A DNA stretch of 64,000 nt from Naegleria gruberi (taxonomy: Eukaryota): assembly GCA_000004985.1 (NCBI GenBank), contig GG738856.1; one strand, written 5' to 3'. Shown here one piece after another: positions 32,717-44,606 of this stretch. The position numbers and the translations under genes were made by a program. The notes under the pieces are model-generated. The model did no database searches. It saw only the letters and a program-made list of their open reading frames with translations, and was not told the origin of the DNA. The first letter of the stretch is position 1. Each line of letters begins with the position of its first letter.

Positions 32717-32868
32717 AGGTGATGTCTTGCATTCATGAACAGTAGATCAATAAACTATTTTCTATAGTGAGAACGATTTGAACCCCCAAATTTGGTCAAC
32801 CATATTTGATTCCATTACAACAAGTTGGTAGATGTGCACGTTGTTGTAAAAGTTGTCTTTCAAAAAAA

Positions 32869-33087
32869 ATGGAGCATTCCGCCCCAGTAACTTCACCAAC
32901 TTCACAATGCAAGCAAAGTTGTGTTTGTTTTTACTGTCCTAAACCTGACACTCTCATTGAAGATTTCAAAACTGGATGTTTAATTTGTTATGAGTGTGGC
33001 TATACTATTCAGTCAACTTATGAGTGGATGGATAGATCGGATGGTCCAATAGATTACCAATCGAGTTATGATATTATTTACCGATAA
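32869..33087 (+). CDS. Small protein with TFIIB-type zinc ribbon
   Basis: CFYCPKPDTLIEDFKTGCLICYECGYTI matches the TFIIB N-terminal ribbon (CPxHPDAxLVEDxxxGDxICxECGxV). There are no cyclin folds; the ORF is only 72-93 aa. Confidence 0.4.
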   Translation: MEHSAPVTSPTSQCKQSCVCFYCPKPDTLIEDFKTGCLICYECGYTIQSTYEWMDRSDGPIDYQSSYDIIYR

Positions 33088-33206
33088 ATATTTGATATTA
33101 GTCCATGTTTCGTAATTATGGATAACGAAATGCTGTCCAATCTTCAAATCCAACTATTTGAGTAATAAAGAAACTTCTTCGAATAATCTATTGGCCAATA
33201 GTTATT

Positions 33207-34801
33207 TTAATTAGTTCTCTTGCTAATAGAAATCTTCAAATTATCCGGTTTGGTAGTAACACTAATCTTTTTCCCAACTGGATCCACACTCTCATCATTC
33301 AACAATTCAAAATCAAATTTCCTCAATAGAGAACTAAGAATTGCTGTAATTTCTGCTAAAGCCATTTTGTATCCTATGCATTTACGATTTCCCAAACTGA
33401 AAGCAATCCATGTGAAATCATTTTGAGCTCTTTCTTTTTGCTCAGGAGTGAGGAATCGTTCTGGAATGAATTCTTGTGCATTCGTCCAATATTTTTCATT
33501 TCGGTTGACTTCACAGAGAAGGAGATGAAGGGAAGTTCCTTTTGGAACTGCAAATTCTCCAATGGTTGCATTCTTCTTACAAACATATTTGGCAACTTCA
33601 GCTATTGGTGGATGTAGTCTCAATCCTTCGAATATTACTGCATTGAGATAATGGAAATTGTTGTAATCATCCAATGACATCCCTTGTTTTCCTTTCAAGA
33701 CCGTGTCGATTTCTTGTTGGCATTTGAGTTGAATTTCTCTTCTTTTGGCCAATTCATAGATTATCCACTTTGAATAGGCTTAATAACATCATCGAATAAG
33801 AAACTTACGGAAATGGCTGTTGAAGTTGTTTCAAATGCAGCTAAAGCAAACAAAATTACATTACTTTTCAATTCCATATTTGTCAAAATATTATCTTCCA
33901 TGTTGGCTTTTACCAACAAGCTTAACAAATCTCTTCTTCCTTCTGTTGTGTCATTCATTTTGAATTCCTTCTTTCTCTCACTAATGGCATTATCCAACAC
34001 GTTGCCCACAACATTTAATGCATTTTCCACTCCACTAATCTTTGAAAATATTGGGAACAACCAATCCTTCTCATCGAAGAATCTTCTCAAAATCAATGCT
34101 CTTTTCATGATTAATTGTAAACTTGAAATGAATTCATGATTTTCATTCTCAAAAATTGAAACATTTTTCAATCCAAAAGCTGCTTTCAATAAAACATTGG
34201 AGGTAATCTTGTCGAAATCTGTCAATTCCAAAAGAGAACTGTCAGATGTTTTGTTTGACCATTGTTCCATAATTTTTTCACTCGATTTCACAGCAACATC
34301 ACAAACCAATTCCAAATTAGCAGTAGAAAATGCAGGAGATGCCACTCTATGGTGCTTCTTCCAATTTTCATAACTGTCAGCAGACAAGATATTTTCACCA
34401 AACAAACTAAACATTTCATAAATAAAACTTGGCTTTCCAAAACTGCTTGCCTTACTCACACAAACCTCCTTCATCAATTCCTTATCAGTAATCCACACTG
34501 TATTATGATTAAACATGGAAACTTTAAACAATGGCAATGGAACTTTTGAATTGTTATTCAATTTCAAAGTATGAGAAGCCGTCTGCTCAGCTCCAATAAA
34601 ATAGACATACGGAGAAATGATCGGAATGGCCATTGGAGTGATCGTGAATTGAACAAAGCCTGGAATATGTTGCAAGAGTTTGTAATTTTGGTAAATTTTG
34701 GTGGAAATGTAAATGATCAGTGAAGCGATCAAGCAGGTAAGAAGAGTCATCATCACACTCGTATTTTCCGTAAGGGAAAAAGTGGATTCACTTTGAGACA
34801 T
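33207..34801 (-). CDS. Cytochrome P450 (2 exons, 41-nt intron 33768-33808)
   Basis: An N-terminal TM anchor is present. The I-helix is AAFETTSTAIS. After the intron the sequence reads WIIYELAKRREIQ, with ExxR (FEGLRLHPP), PERF (FIPERF) and heme loop FSLGNRKCIGYKMA. Confidence 0.8.
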
Positions 34802-34959
34802 TTTTTTTAATAATAAAATTAAAGAATTATTGAAATTATTGAAATTAAATTTATTTTACATGTAATACTATTGAAATTATTGAAAATAGATTACGAATCA
34901 AGGAAGACTATTTTTGTAAAGTATTTAATTATGTAATATTTTACAAAATCCTAAAAAAG

Positions 34960-36645
34960 TTGGAAAAATTAATCAAAAAAAAATGTCATCACTATTGTAT
35001 CATCACCTTGATTGATTTTCACTCCCCGAACACAACCAGCACACAACAAACAGCATCGGCATCATTTCTTTATTCCTTACTCCGAGAATTTTATGCAACC
35101 GTACAAGAAAAACAAGTAAAACGTTTAATGCAAATGGATATGCTTAGGCTGATTGAGTATGATCCGCACAATTTTCATTTATTGATGGAGGATTGTGAGG
35201 CACGAGATGAATTGTTGGATAATGAGGAGTTTATGATGAAAGTTGTGAGTTGTGATGGAAGATTATTCGAATATGTGAGTGTGAGATTGAAAGAGTATTT
35301 TCCACTCATGTTGGAGGCTGTTAAACAGAATGGTATGATGATAGGTGAAATGGAAGAAGAATTTTATACGAAAGAATTAGTGTTACAAGCTGTGAAAGAA
35401 GATGGACAGGCTTTTCCAGGGTTTGGGCAATATGATATGGAAATTGCAAGAACAGCTGTTGAAAATAATGGACTAGCTCTGGAGAATATAAGTGCCTCAT
35501 TAATGACAGATGAAATAATTCATTTAGCTTGTGAAGAGAATCCAATGGCAAGAGAGTTAGTCCTTAATCAACGAATCAGGAACGAACATGTGGCGAATTT
35601 AGTGGCGGGGGAATTGATTGGGATTCCAAAGATGATTCAATTGCAGAGAAGATACTCAAAACAGTCATGAAAGAACACCCAGAATCTTGTGAATACTTGG
35701 ATAACTTTCATCTCTCAGAGGAAAAGTATTTCCAATTAACCAAAACTGCTCTCAAATATTCGCAAGATTTGACTATTTTAGATTTTAGTAGAGGTTTCAC
35801 AAATGAAGAATATGAAGAATTGGCTAAATATGATGGCGATATATTATCCATGGTTGATGCATATTTTCACACGAGACGAATGGTTTGTAATGCTGTGGAA
35901 AATAATGGAGCTTTAGATTTAGCTGCTGAGGAATGGCTTGATGATTGCTGCTTGATGAAGGACTTGCATTGGGATTTGCATCAGAAGAATTGCAGAGAGA
36001 TGAGGAAATTGTAATGGCAGCTATAAGTAATTGTGGACTAGCTCTTGAATATGTGGATGATAAGTTTTATTATGATAGGGATGTAATTTTGAAAGCTGTT
36101 TCTCAGAATGGACTTGCTTTGGAACACGCCAGTTACCAAGATGAGGAAATAATTAAGGCTGCACTCAATCAAACCGTGCTAGCTTCGTTTCATTCGTTCA
36201 ACATGAATTGCTCACAAAAGAAATTATAATTACAGTTCAGAAATTTGGAGGAAATTTACGTTATGCATCGACATTGAGATCTGATAAGGAAGTTGTGTTG
36301 GCTGCTGTAAATTCTTGTGGATTGTCCTTGAAATATGCTGATAGCAAGTTGTTGGATGATCCTGAGATTGTGAAAGCTGCCATTCTCAATAATCCTTTCA
36401 GTATAAGGTATGCCTCCAAAAAATTAAGATTGGATCTGAGCTTTGCTAGACTTGCCAAAGAACTGAGAGAAGCTGACCTTTCCAGATTTGATACATGGCA
36501 AGACATTACATGTATGTACAAAAAACGAAGTAGAGCTACCTTTGATGATTCTGAATCAGATACAGACGATGAGGATGAGGAGGAAGAAACCGAGAGTGAT
36601 AAAGATGAATTGTCCCAACCACCAAAACAATTCAAAGTTGAGTAA
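34960..36645 (+). CDS. DUF4116-like repeat protein (AVxxNGLALEYAS...DEEIV units) with at least three frame changes; possible pseudogene or low-quality sequence
   Basis: Four consecutive ORFs (34960-35670, 35667-36014, 35945-36229, 36208-36645) lie in different frames. All carry the same approximately 30-aa repeat. No GT..AG interval restores the frame. Confidence 0.4.
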
Positions 36646-36648
36646 AAA
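36644..36648 (-). terminator. Pol III T-run (T5 on minus strand) just after tRNA-Ser
   Basis: The plus-strand aaaaa at 36644-36648 lies immediately 3' of the tRNA on the minus strand. Confidence 0.45.
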
Positions 36649-36650
36649 TT

Positions 36651-36731
36651 CGCGGTCTACAGGATTCGAACCTGTGCGGGTCGCCCCAATTGATTTCTAG
36701 TCAATCACCTTAACCACTCGGTCAAGACCGC
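36651..36731 (-). tRNA. tRNA-Ser (anticodon AGA), long variable arm
   Basis: Reverse complement: GCGGTCTTGACCGAGTGGTTAAGGTGATTGACTAGAAATCAATTGGGGCGACCCGCACAGGTTCGAATCCTGTAGACCGCG. The anticodon stem ATTGA/TCAAT encloses loop CTAGAAA. Confidence 0.85.
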
Positions 36732-36814
36732 TTCTCCTTAATATTGTGATAAATCCTCTGCTGTCATTTTACTTCTAATATGTTGCAACTTCCAAAAAAT
36801 TGCATAATGCTACC

Positions 36815-38005
36815 TCACCTAAATTTTTCAATGGCAAGAAATTCATAATTGTTATTATCTAGAAGCTTTCTCAATTCCACACTTATTGAAGGGTTATTTG
36901 AAATGGCCAAAAGCTTTAGCCATGTCATGTCTAGTATTGAAGTAACTCCCTGATCACCAACAGTGCAATAATTGACAAAAAGAGAGTGCAGTTTTTTCAT
37001 TCTACTTATAAATTCAATTCCAATATCACCAATAGGATTGTGATTAATGCTGAGAATTTTCAATTTGGCAAGCTTACTCAATACTTTCGCTCCAGAAGGA
37101 CCAAAATCATTACAATCAGCATGTAAGCATGTCAAGTTTTTCAATTGGCCAACAATTTGTGCTCCAGCATCCCCAATATTATTATAACTAACATCAAGAA
37201 AAGTCAAATTATAAAGTTTTTCCATAAATAATGATCCCTCAATACCAATATCATTGCTTCTAATGTCCAGTTTTGTTAAATTAGTCAATTTACCTATGAA
37301 ACTCCTCCTTTACTCCAATCTTGTAGCCTAGAATATTCAAATCTGTCAAGTTTGTTAGCTGGCTCAAACATTGAGCTACCTCAGCACCAATATANNNNNN
37401 NNNNNNNNNNNNNNNNNNNNNNNNNNNNNNNNNNNNNNNNNNNNNNNNNNNNNNNNNNNNNNNNNNNNNNNNNNNNNNNNNNNNNNNNNNNNNNNNNNNN
37501 NNNNNNNNNNNNNNNNNNNNNNNNNNNNNNNNNNNNNNNNNNNNNNNNNNNNNNNNNNNNNNNNNNNNNNNNNNNNNNNNNNNNNNNNNNNNNNNNTCAC
37601 CAAACGACTATTTACAATGTCCAACTCTTTTAATTGTTGCAAATCGCCAATCCTTCGGACGAGTGCCATATCATTAATTCCACTAAACGAAACTCTAACT
37701 AAATTAGGCATCATAATCATTGCCTCCAAAACATTCACATTTCCACTATTTAAATTTACACATGTAATCCTCTCCAAAAATTGACTCTGTTTTAACAATT
37801 CGGCCCGTCCACCATCAAATTCCCTTTTAAAATCAAGCGATAATCGAATTGTTTGCTTGATAATTCTTTTCCATTGTTTGGAAATCAATACGCAATTTTT
37901 CAAAATAAAAAACGAGTCGAGATGAGTCAAAATTTCATAGCAAACATCATCAGGAAATTCGCAGCCGCCGCCGATGCGAGCAGGAAGTAGAAGGCTTTCA
38001 ATCAT
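36815..38005 (-). CDS. F-box-like + RI-type LRR protein spanning a 203-N gap, with one frameshift near 37300
   Basis: The N-terminus is MIESLLLPARIGGGCEFPDDVCYEILTHLDSFFILKNCVLISKQWKRII. The C-terminal ORF 36815-37288 carries LRR units. Between them ...ILGYKIGVKEEFHR-stop continues in the +1 frame as IGKLTNLTKLDIRSNDIG. Confidence 0.55.
37394..37596. other. Assembly gap (203 N)
   Basis: A run of N lies inside the LRR gene. Confidence 0.95.
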
Positions 38006-39044
38006 TTTTTTTAAAAAGTTACATGATTATTGAGCAAGTCAACCGAGTTCGTTTGGATTACAATTGATTGAAAGAAGTGACTATCTAACATTAAGGTGTT
38101 TCTCAATTTCAGCAACTGTATTTGAGGGTTAAATCATTTCCCGCCAAAACCGCATAATAACCAAAAATGACAAAAATTCCATTCATTCTCTCGCAACATC
38201 CATATTAATAACAATAATCAATAGAAGGCAACAACAAATTGTAAAGCATGCATTGTATAAAATATACAACTTGTGATAGCAATATTGTAATGAAGAAAAA
38301 TTGTCCTCAGATTCGCATAAGTTTCATCCTTTACCATACATGGATGTAAAAATACAAAAGAATCTCTAGAAATCCAAAAACTCAAGATATGTGATATCAC
38401 ATCAAAAAAAGCATATATTCAATGAACCTTTCCACTATGTGTCGGCGGTGTGAAAACCTTTCGAAATTTGTTGTCATCCAATACACAGCCCAATACAGTT
38501 CATTTCTAATAGATGCCATCTTGCATGTTTCAATTATTGTAAGAAATTATTCGATTCACCTTGCAAATTCTGAACCATTCGAATCTTAACTTTCTATATG
38601 TGTGCGCGCTAAAACATTGATTCACCATGAGCTCTCCCAAACACGTGTAGTAAGTCCTTGAACGTGATTTGTCACACACAACCGACAATTTTTTCTTGCT
38701 TTCTTGTTCATCAGAGAACGTGAACAAAATTTTACTGTTTGTTGGTTGTGGGAAAAACGTGAAGAAAAAAAACCAAGTTTTTGACTCGTTGAAGATTTTT
38801 AAAGTCAACAACTGTTGGTTGTTTATTATTAATAGGGGAGCTTACGAAGGGGTTTACAAAGTGAATTCACAACCAGCAATCACGTTTAACATCCAATTAA
38901 TACCCTACCATTTGATTGTATCATTTTTCATTTCCTATTTTGTAGATTGCCTTACGAAGAGAACAATTGCTTTACCAAATAAGTCTTGTAGGAACAAAAC
39001 GCAAACAAATTTAAAAAAAAAACCGCAACAACACAAGCTGCTGT

Positions 39045-40415
39045 TTGAGCCACCCAAAACCTCCCATCAAGCCACATCATCATCATCAGCTGCTTCAGCA
39101 AGAAACAGTAAAATTCGCCTCCAACACAATGATGATGATCACACAACAACAGCAACAACAACAACAACCTTTCACTATTAATAACAATTATAACACAACT
39201 CCTAAAACAGTAGAAGAAGAAGCAATAAGAAGTAGAAGCAGAAGAAATATCGGTCAAATGTTGAACAAGATAAAGAAGAGTCTATTCAAGAGATTTGGTA
39301 CTCAGAGTCAAATCTATAATAACAACGACATTAACAATAATAATAATTCAACTTCAACAACTACAATACGACATGTTGATAATACATGTAATGACAGAAG
39401 TTCGAGAATTTCATGGTCGTTGGTGATGGAAAATTCTCAAGCCGAATTCCTCTATCAAAATATCTTCTCGTGGCTTGATCATACAACGGTGATGAGACTT
39501 TCAATGGTAAATCGATACATGAGAGCAATTTGTGTAGAGTTTCATCCAGTGTGCTTTAGGATGGAATGGTGGAATTTGACAGAATATAAAAAGACGAGTT
39601 GTGAATTCCCATTTGAAAAGGTGATTCGTGTACAGTTGGAAGGAGAACCAATGCTTGAATACATGCCAAGGATTAACTGGGAAAATGTTCAATCCTTGCG
39701 AATGAATGTTCACTATTATAAGAATGTCGACGAGTGTAGCAAGATTATTGGTCATGCCCTTGAAGAATCCTCGCTGCTCCTGAGAGAATTAGTATTGAAT
39801 GGAAAGCAACGTGAGATGAATGAGAGATTTACACTGACCAATGTACTGGACAAGGTTAATGTGAGAGGTTTGAAATTGGAGAGATTGACCACTAATCTTC
39901 CAGTAGATGTAAATAGACTCCTCCAATATGAAATGACCATCAATAAGATTATCATTGGAGAATACTTTTGTACAGACAGTCCTTCTGCTGCTTTCTCTAT
40001 GAGTCAATCGACAAGTTCAGTTTGTTGTGGTTCAGCAACATCCTCTACAAGCATGATGAATGAAATTGTACAATCTACTCCCACTGTAAATAGAACTAAT
40101 CAATGCCTTATCAAAGTCTTTCGATGCAAAGTTACAGAGAAGAATCTGAAAGAATTTTGTGCATTAATTGCCATGCCTCAATTCCAAACTCAAATTTTGG
40201 AAATTACACTCACACCAGCACTCATTGCTCCAGAAATTCTGTCCACACTCATTGATTTGTTTGTTGCCCACCTGAAACATGTAAAGAAAGTTGCCATTGC
40301 TAGTAGTCTTGATCCACTTTTACTCAAGAAGGTATTCGGATCCTTTCGAACAAATTCTAATACTTTTGAATTGGTTTTGGTTAAAAAACAAGACAAGCAT
40401 CATAAAAAATGTTAA
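39045..40415 (+). CDS. Hypothetical protein with poly-His/poly-Gln N-terminus and F-box-like motif
   Basis: The 456-aa ORF contains KPHHHHQLLQQ, ITQQQQQQQQP and an F-box-like FLYQNIFSWLDHTTVMRLSMVNRYMRAIC. A paralog is at 60255-61868. Confidence 0.5.
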   Translation: MSHPKPPIKPHHHHQLLQQETVKFASNTMMMITQQQQQQQQPFTINNNYNTTPKTVEEEAIRSRSRRNIGQMLNKIKKSLFKRFGTQSQIYNNNDINNNNNSTSTTTIRHVDNTCNDRSSRISWSLVMENSQAEFLYQNIFSWLDHTTVMRLSMVNRYMRAICVEFHPVCFRMEWWNLTEYKKTSCEFPFEKVIRVQLEGEPMLEYMPRINWENVQSLRMNVHYYKNVDECSKIIGHALEESSLLLRELVLNGKQREMNERFTLTNVLDKVNVRGLKLERLTTNLPVDVNRLLQYEMTINKIIIGEYFCTDSPSAAFSMSQSTSSVCCGSATSSTSMMNEIVQSTPTVNRTNQCLIKVFRCKVTEKNLKEFCALIAMPQFQTQILEITLTPALIAPEILSTLIDLFVAHLKHVKKVAIASSLDPLLLKKVFGSFRTNSNTFELVLVKKQDKHHKKC

Positions 40416-40556
40416 ATTAATATTCAAAATTTATTCATTCTCATTATTGAAATTGATATCTTTTTAATACTATTAAATACTACTTTACAATATTAAAAAT
40501 TGAGCCCATTTTTGGTCATTTGCTAAACACATCCAAATTTAACACTTCAAAAAAAA

Positions 40557-41126
40557 ATGCTCGAAAGATACTTGAAATCCCTGCTGACAGGAAGCAAATT
40601 CAATCTACCAACAACCTTCTCTCAACTTTTCCGATCCCCTCATTTCGAAACCATGATGGGCATGGGTAATTTAGATTATGCTCATCCGGAGGTGAAACGA
40701 ATTCTTCGTCATCACTCTCACGATCCAAAGACTTTCTTTGTATTCGAGCCTCCAATCGATGTCAGAGAACACGAGAAGAAATTCATCATTCATGCAGATG
40801 TTCCAGGCTTTCACAAGAATAATATTTCAGTGACGGTCACTGATGAAGAAAGAGGAGAAATTTGTATTAAGGGAAATTTAGTAGATTTAGAGGAAAAACA
40901 AATGAAAGAGGAGGAACAAGTTTTTGGAAAGTATCTCATACAGGAAAGAGTTTTAGTTCCAGAATTTGAAAGGAAAGTAGTCTTGCATAATCCATCAGAA
41001 ATTGATTGGGATAATATTAATGCTTCCATTGCTCATGGTCAACTCAATATTGATATTCCAAAGAAGGATGTTCCTTCCAAACCACCAAAGGAATCAAAAA
41101 TTATTCCAATCTCTGAAGAACCTTAA
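40557..41126 (+). CDS. Small heat-shock protein (Hsp20 / alpha-crystallin domain)
   Basis: The 189-aa ORF carries the motifs DVREHEKKFIIHADVPGFHKNNISVTV, FERKVVLHNPSEIDWDNINASIAHGQLNIDIPKK. Confidence 0.8.
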   Translation: MLERYLKSLLTGSKFNLPTTFSQLFRSPHFETMMGMGNLDYAHPEVKRILRHHSHDPKTFFVFEPPIDVREHEKKFIIHADVPGFHKNNISVTVTDEERGEICIKGNLVDLEEKQMKEEEQVFGKYLIQERVLVPEFERKVVLHNPSEIDWDNINASIAHGQLNIDIPKKDVPSKPPKESKIIPISEEP

Positions 41127-41577
41127 TTAAAAGTATGTGTAAATATATTTAAGAAACTTTGTTTGATAGGTAACATAATAGGTTTGTGAAGTTGGCTGAA
41201 CCAAGTTCATTGTTCTCTCATTTTTCATCTTTGAAAAAAACGAACTAAAATTTATTGTGGTTTTTTGTTGTTTAATATTGGATAGTGGACAACGAATTTT
41301 GATTTTCCTTGTAATTGTTGTGTTTGATTGGAAAACAAAAACGATAATAGGAGTTAATAGCGCACCTGTGTTGGATTTTTTGGTGCTTTTGATTCTTCTG
41401 TGATCATATTCGGATAAGAGGAAAATTATCATCATCAATTATTTAATTTAATTTATTATTATTAAAATCTTAGAGTCGACTTGTAAAATTGTAGAATAAC
41501 GACATTATCAAACACCTGTACTACTAGTTTAATTTATTATTATTATTGTAAAATACCTTTAAAAATCTTCACGAATA

Positions 41578-42736
41578 ATGGATCAATATTAGTAAGTACA
41601 AGACATGATGATTGTGGATTTAATCAATGATGCGGATATTCAAACAACAGTATCATTAAAATCTTGGGAAGAGGTTCTGAAGGTAAGTGGCTTGGTGAAA
41701 TGTTCATGTCACTAATCAATCAATAGGACAAGTATTGTTAGCAGAACACAAGAAAACTCATGAAGAAGTTGCCATCAAGCGTATGGAATGGGCTTCTTTC
41801 GACGATGCTAACCTTCATTTAAACGAAGCTCAAAAGTTGCGAGATTTAAATCACAAGAATATTATGAAATACCTCAAGGTATTCTTGAACAAGTATAGTA
41901 CAGACACTCACTTTGTTTGTCTGTGTATAGAGTACTGCCCTGGAGGAGATTTACAACAATTCATTTCGAGTACATGCAAGAAGGGAAAAATAGCAGAGAA
42001 GGATATTCTCAGCTATGCAGAACAAATAGCAGCAGGTCTTCAATATTTACACGAGCACAATATTATTCACAGAGATTTGAAACCTCAGAATATTTTAATT
42101 GCTGCAGGTAGGTCACAAACATTTTCAATTGATTTTACAAATATTATAAGATGGTACACTTAAAATTGGAGATTTTGGAATTAGTAGACAATTGGGAACT
42201 CAATCTATGGCCAATACTCAATGTGGTACTATTCAATATATGAGCTATGAAATGCTTAACATGGCACCTTATGATCAAGCAACTGACATGTACTCATTTG
42301 GAGTGTAAGTTGATTTTAAAAAGCTCATATATTTTTCTAACTATTATGGTCAACCATTTCATTGGATAGAATTCTTCTTCAAATGATTACTGGAAAGCAA
42401 ATGATGATTCCTATGGAACTGAGAAAGAATCCAAACTTTCTCGTTGAATTGGAACATCAATGTGTCAAGACATTGGGCTACTCTCAGGAATTATTTGCCC
42501 TAGCCAAAAATTTAGTGAGCTATGATCCAAGAGAACGGCCAACGGCAGAGAAGGTTCTCAAATCCCTGACAAAAATCAGATCGAGCGACAAGCATGGAAA
42601 TTTGAAATTGGTATTTAAGGATTTTAACCAATTATCTGACGTTTTAAAAATTAGAGTATTTTCCTTTTTACAAATTGAAGACATGTATCATGTAGGTCTA
42701 TCATGTAGACAATATTATTGGTTATGGGAACAACAT
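41578..42736 (+). CDS. Ser/Thr protein kinase with C-terminal F-box-like motif; 5 exons
   Basis: Exons lie at 41578-41591, 41651-41682, 41727-42107, 42151-42304 and 42370-42736. The introns are 59, 44, 43 and 65 nt, all GT..AG. The spliced product reads MDQYYIIKILGRGSEGQVLLAEHKKTHEEVAIKRM...[25 protein letters not shown]...DMYSFGVILLQMITGK...LSDVLKIRVFSFLQIEDMYHVGLSCRQYYWLWEQH. Confidence 0.7.
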
Positions 42737-42887
42737 GTAAGTTTTTTTCAATTCCTAACCTCCTCATCAATTCATATTTTTTTGCATGTATTCAATTCAA
42801 TATTTCCTTTAACTTTTTACCAAATTGGTAATAACTTGAATGCATACAACATTTACATTCAATTTTACATAGTGGTGGAGCCAATTT

Positions 42888-44076
42888 ATGAATACCAAAG
42901 CAGGAGAGGAGATTTTAAAGAATTCTTCCTCAATCTATTCCAAACCAACTCCAAGAAAACGAGCTGGGAGCGCCAACAATAATCACAGACCTGGTAGTGA
43001 GCTATCTCTAGAATCAATGACCACCAGTGCTGAGAAAGTTTCTTCTCCCCTATCCACATCACTCCCAACCACACAAACAGAAAAGAATATTTTCAAACAA
43101 CAAGCATTCAACTATGTCAAAATCCAAAAACCTAAAAAGAGACGTGACATGAATAAGAGAGGTAAAAGTGTTGTCAGTGAAATACATCCATCACAAGTCC
43201 AAGAAGCAGCTACCTTCCTCATGAATTGTTTCAAATCTCCAAACTTTAACAAGTATTCCTCCACTAACGATGCTGAAAATACAGCTCCAATTACATCTTC
43301 CAATTATGAATCAGGCCAAACATCCAAAACGTCCGAGCAAAGCAAACGAGACAGTGGCATTACTGCTGAAACCTCTACCACATCCACACTGATGGAAACT
43401 AACGAATTGCACCCACTCTTGAGTTACATTTTCAAAACTGGGATTATGGAAGATGTATCGGATGAAGCTCTTCTGTTCCTCTGTACCATGATCGTCAAGT
43501 ACGGTATCAAATATGGTAGGATTTATGTCAGTACACACTATCCACTCAATAATGAATCAAAGGAGATTCAAGCCATTTCCATATGGCAACATCCATTCAA
43601 CTCAAAGGGAGTAGATTTGTGGAAATTAGTAAGACTGGGTATTGGGAAGGCTCCCAAAGCTCTGTAAGTATTTTTTTATGTAATGCTCATATTTGATTCA
43701 TCATTATGATGATGGTTGTTGTTTGCTATTTAGTGGTTTCAAAGGTCTATATCGAGTCAACAAGGCTGCCAAAGCATTAGAAATGGTACATGGTAAGCTT
43801 CTTCCCCAAAACGATAAACCACATTGGACTCTTCTAAGTTTGGTTGTCAAACCAGAATTGAGACGCAGGGGCCTTGGCTCTGAAGTTATTCTACCAATCA
43901 TTAGATTATCAGATGAAGCAACACTCCCCATCTATACATTTGTTTATCACTACGAGTCCAAAACAAAAGAAAATAAGCTCATCAATTTCCTTAAAAGGCA
44001 AGGTTTTGATGTTCGTGAAAACATTGCTCCAGCAAACGGCCCTCCTTTTACAGTTCTGATAAGGTATGGCAATTAA
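42888..44076 (+). CDS. GNAT-like acetyltransferase-domain protein (2 exons); may instead be the 3' part of the kinase gene
   Basis: Exon 42888-43663, a 70-nt intron (43664-43733, GTAAGT...TTTAG), then exon 43734-44076. The C-terminus LSLVVKPELRRRGLGSEVILPII resembles GNAT motif A. A 136-nt canonical intron (42737-42872) would splice the kinase in-frame to 42873 onward. Confidence 0.45.
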
Positions 44077-44606
44077 TAAAACAAAATTGTCAAATTCCAT
44101 CTCAAGAGCATGAATTGACAAACATAGAACAGCTCAACAGGAAATTAGCACTGCTTAAAATCCACTACCACCATTTTGAGTGCTGTAAATTGTTTGAACA
44201 TTTTTGAACTCAGTTGTGGCCTCAAATTGTCAGATTCATTTCCTCGCAAAATATTGTGCATATTATTAAGATGCATAACTCTAACACCTCAGCTTGTCTA
44301 TTAATAATTATTTCACTGGATTGATCAACAATACGCAATATATTCAAAATGGTCTTGATAAAGTGGAAGCTCTTCTCCACACGCATGATCAAAAAGGTTT
44401 TCCCTTATTCATGCTCGATTTGTGGGATCCTCACACTTAATAAAACCACCAGAAAAAAAACCCAATCACAGCCACCATCATCCTCTCTCTCCGTTTTTCC
44501 TTAAAAAATTACCGCAAAGAAGAGTTTGATTTTTCCAATTTACACCACCAACAAGCCTCATTATCCTCCTCTTCAATTATAATAATCTAAATACAACAAC
44601 AACATC

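Noticed and set aside
38669-39181. 170-aa ORF overlapping the start of the polyQ/F-box gene
   Set aside because: It is a different frame across the AT-rich 5' region and the poly-CAA/CAG tract of the neighbouring gene, with no domain.
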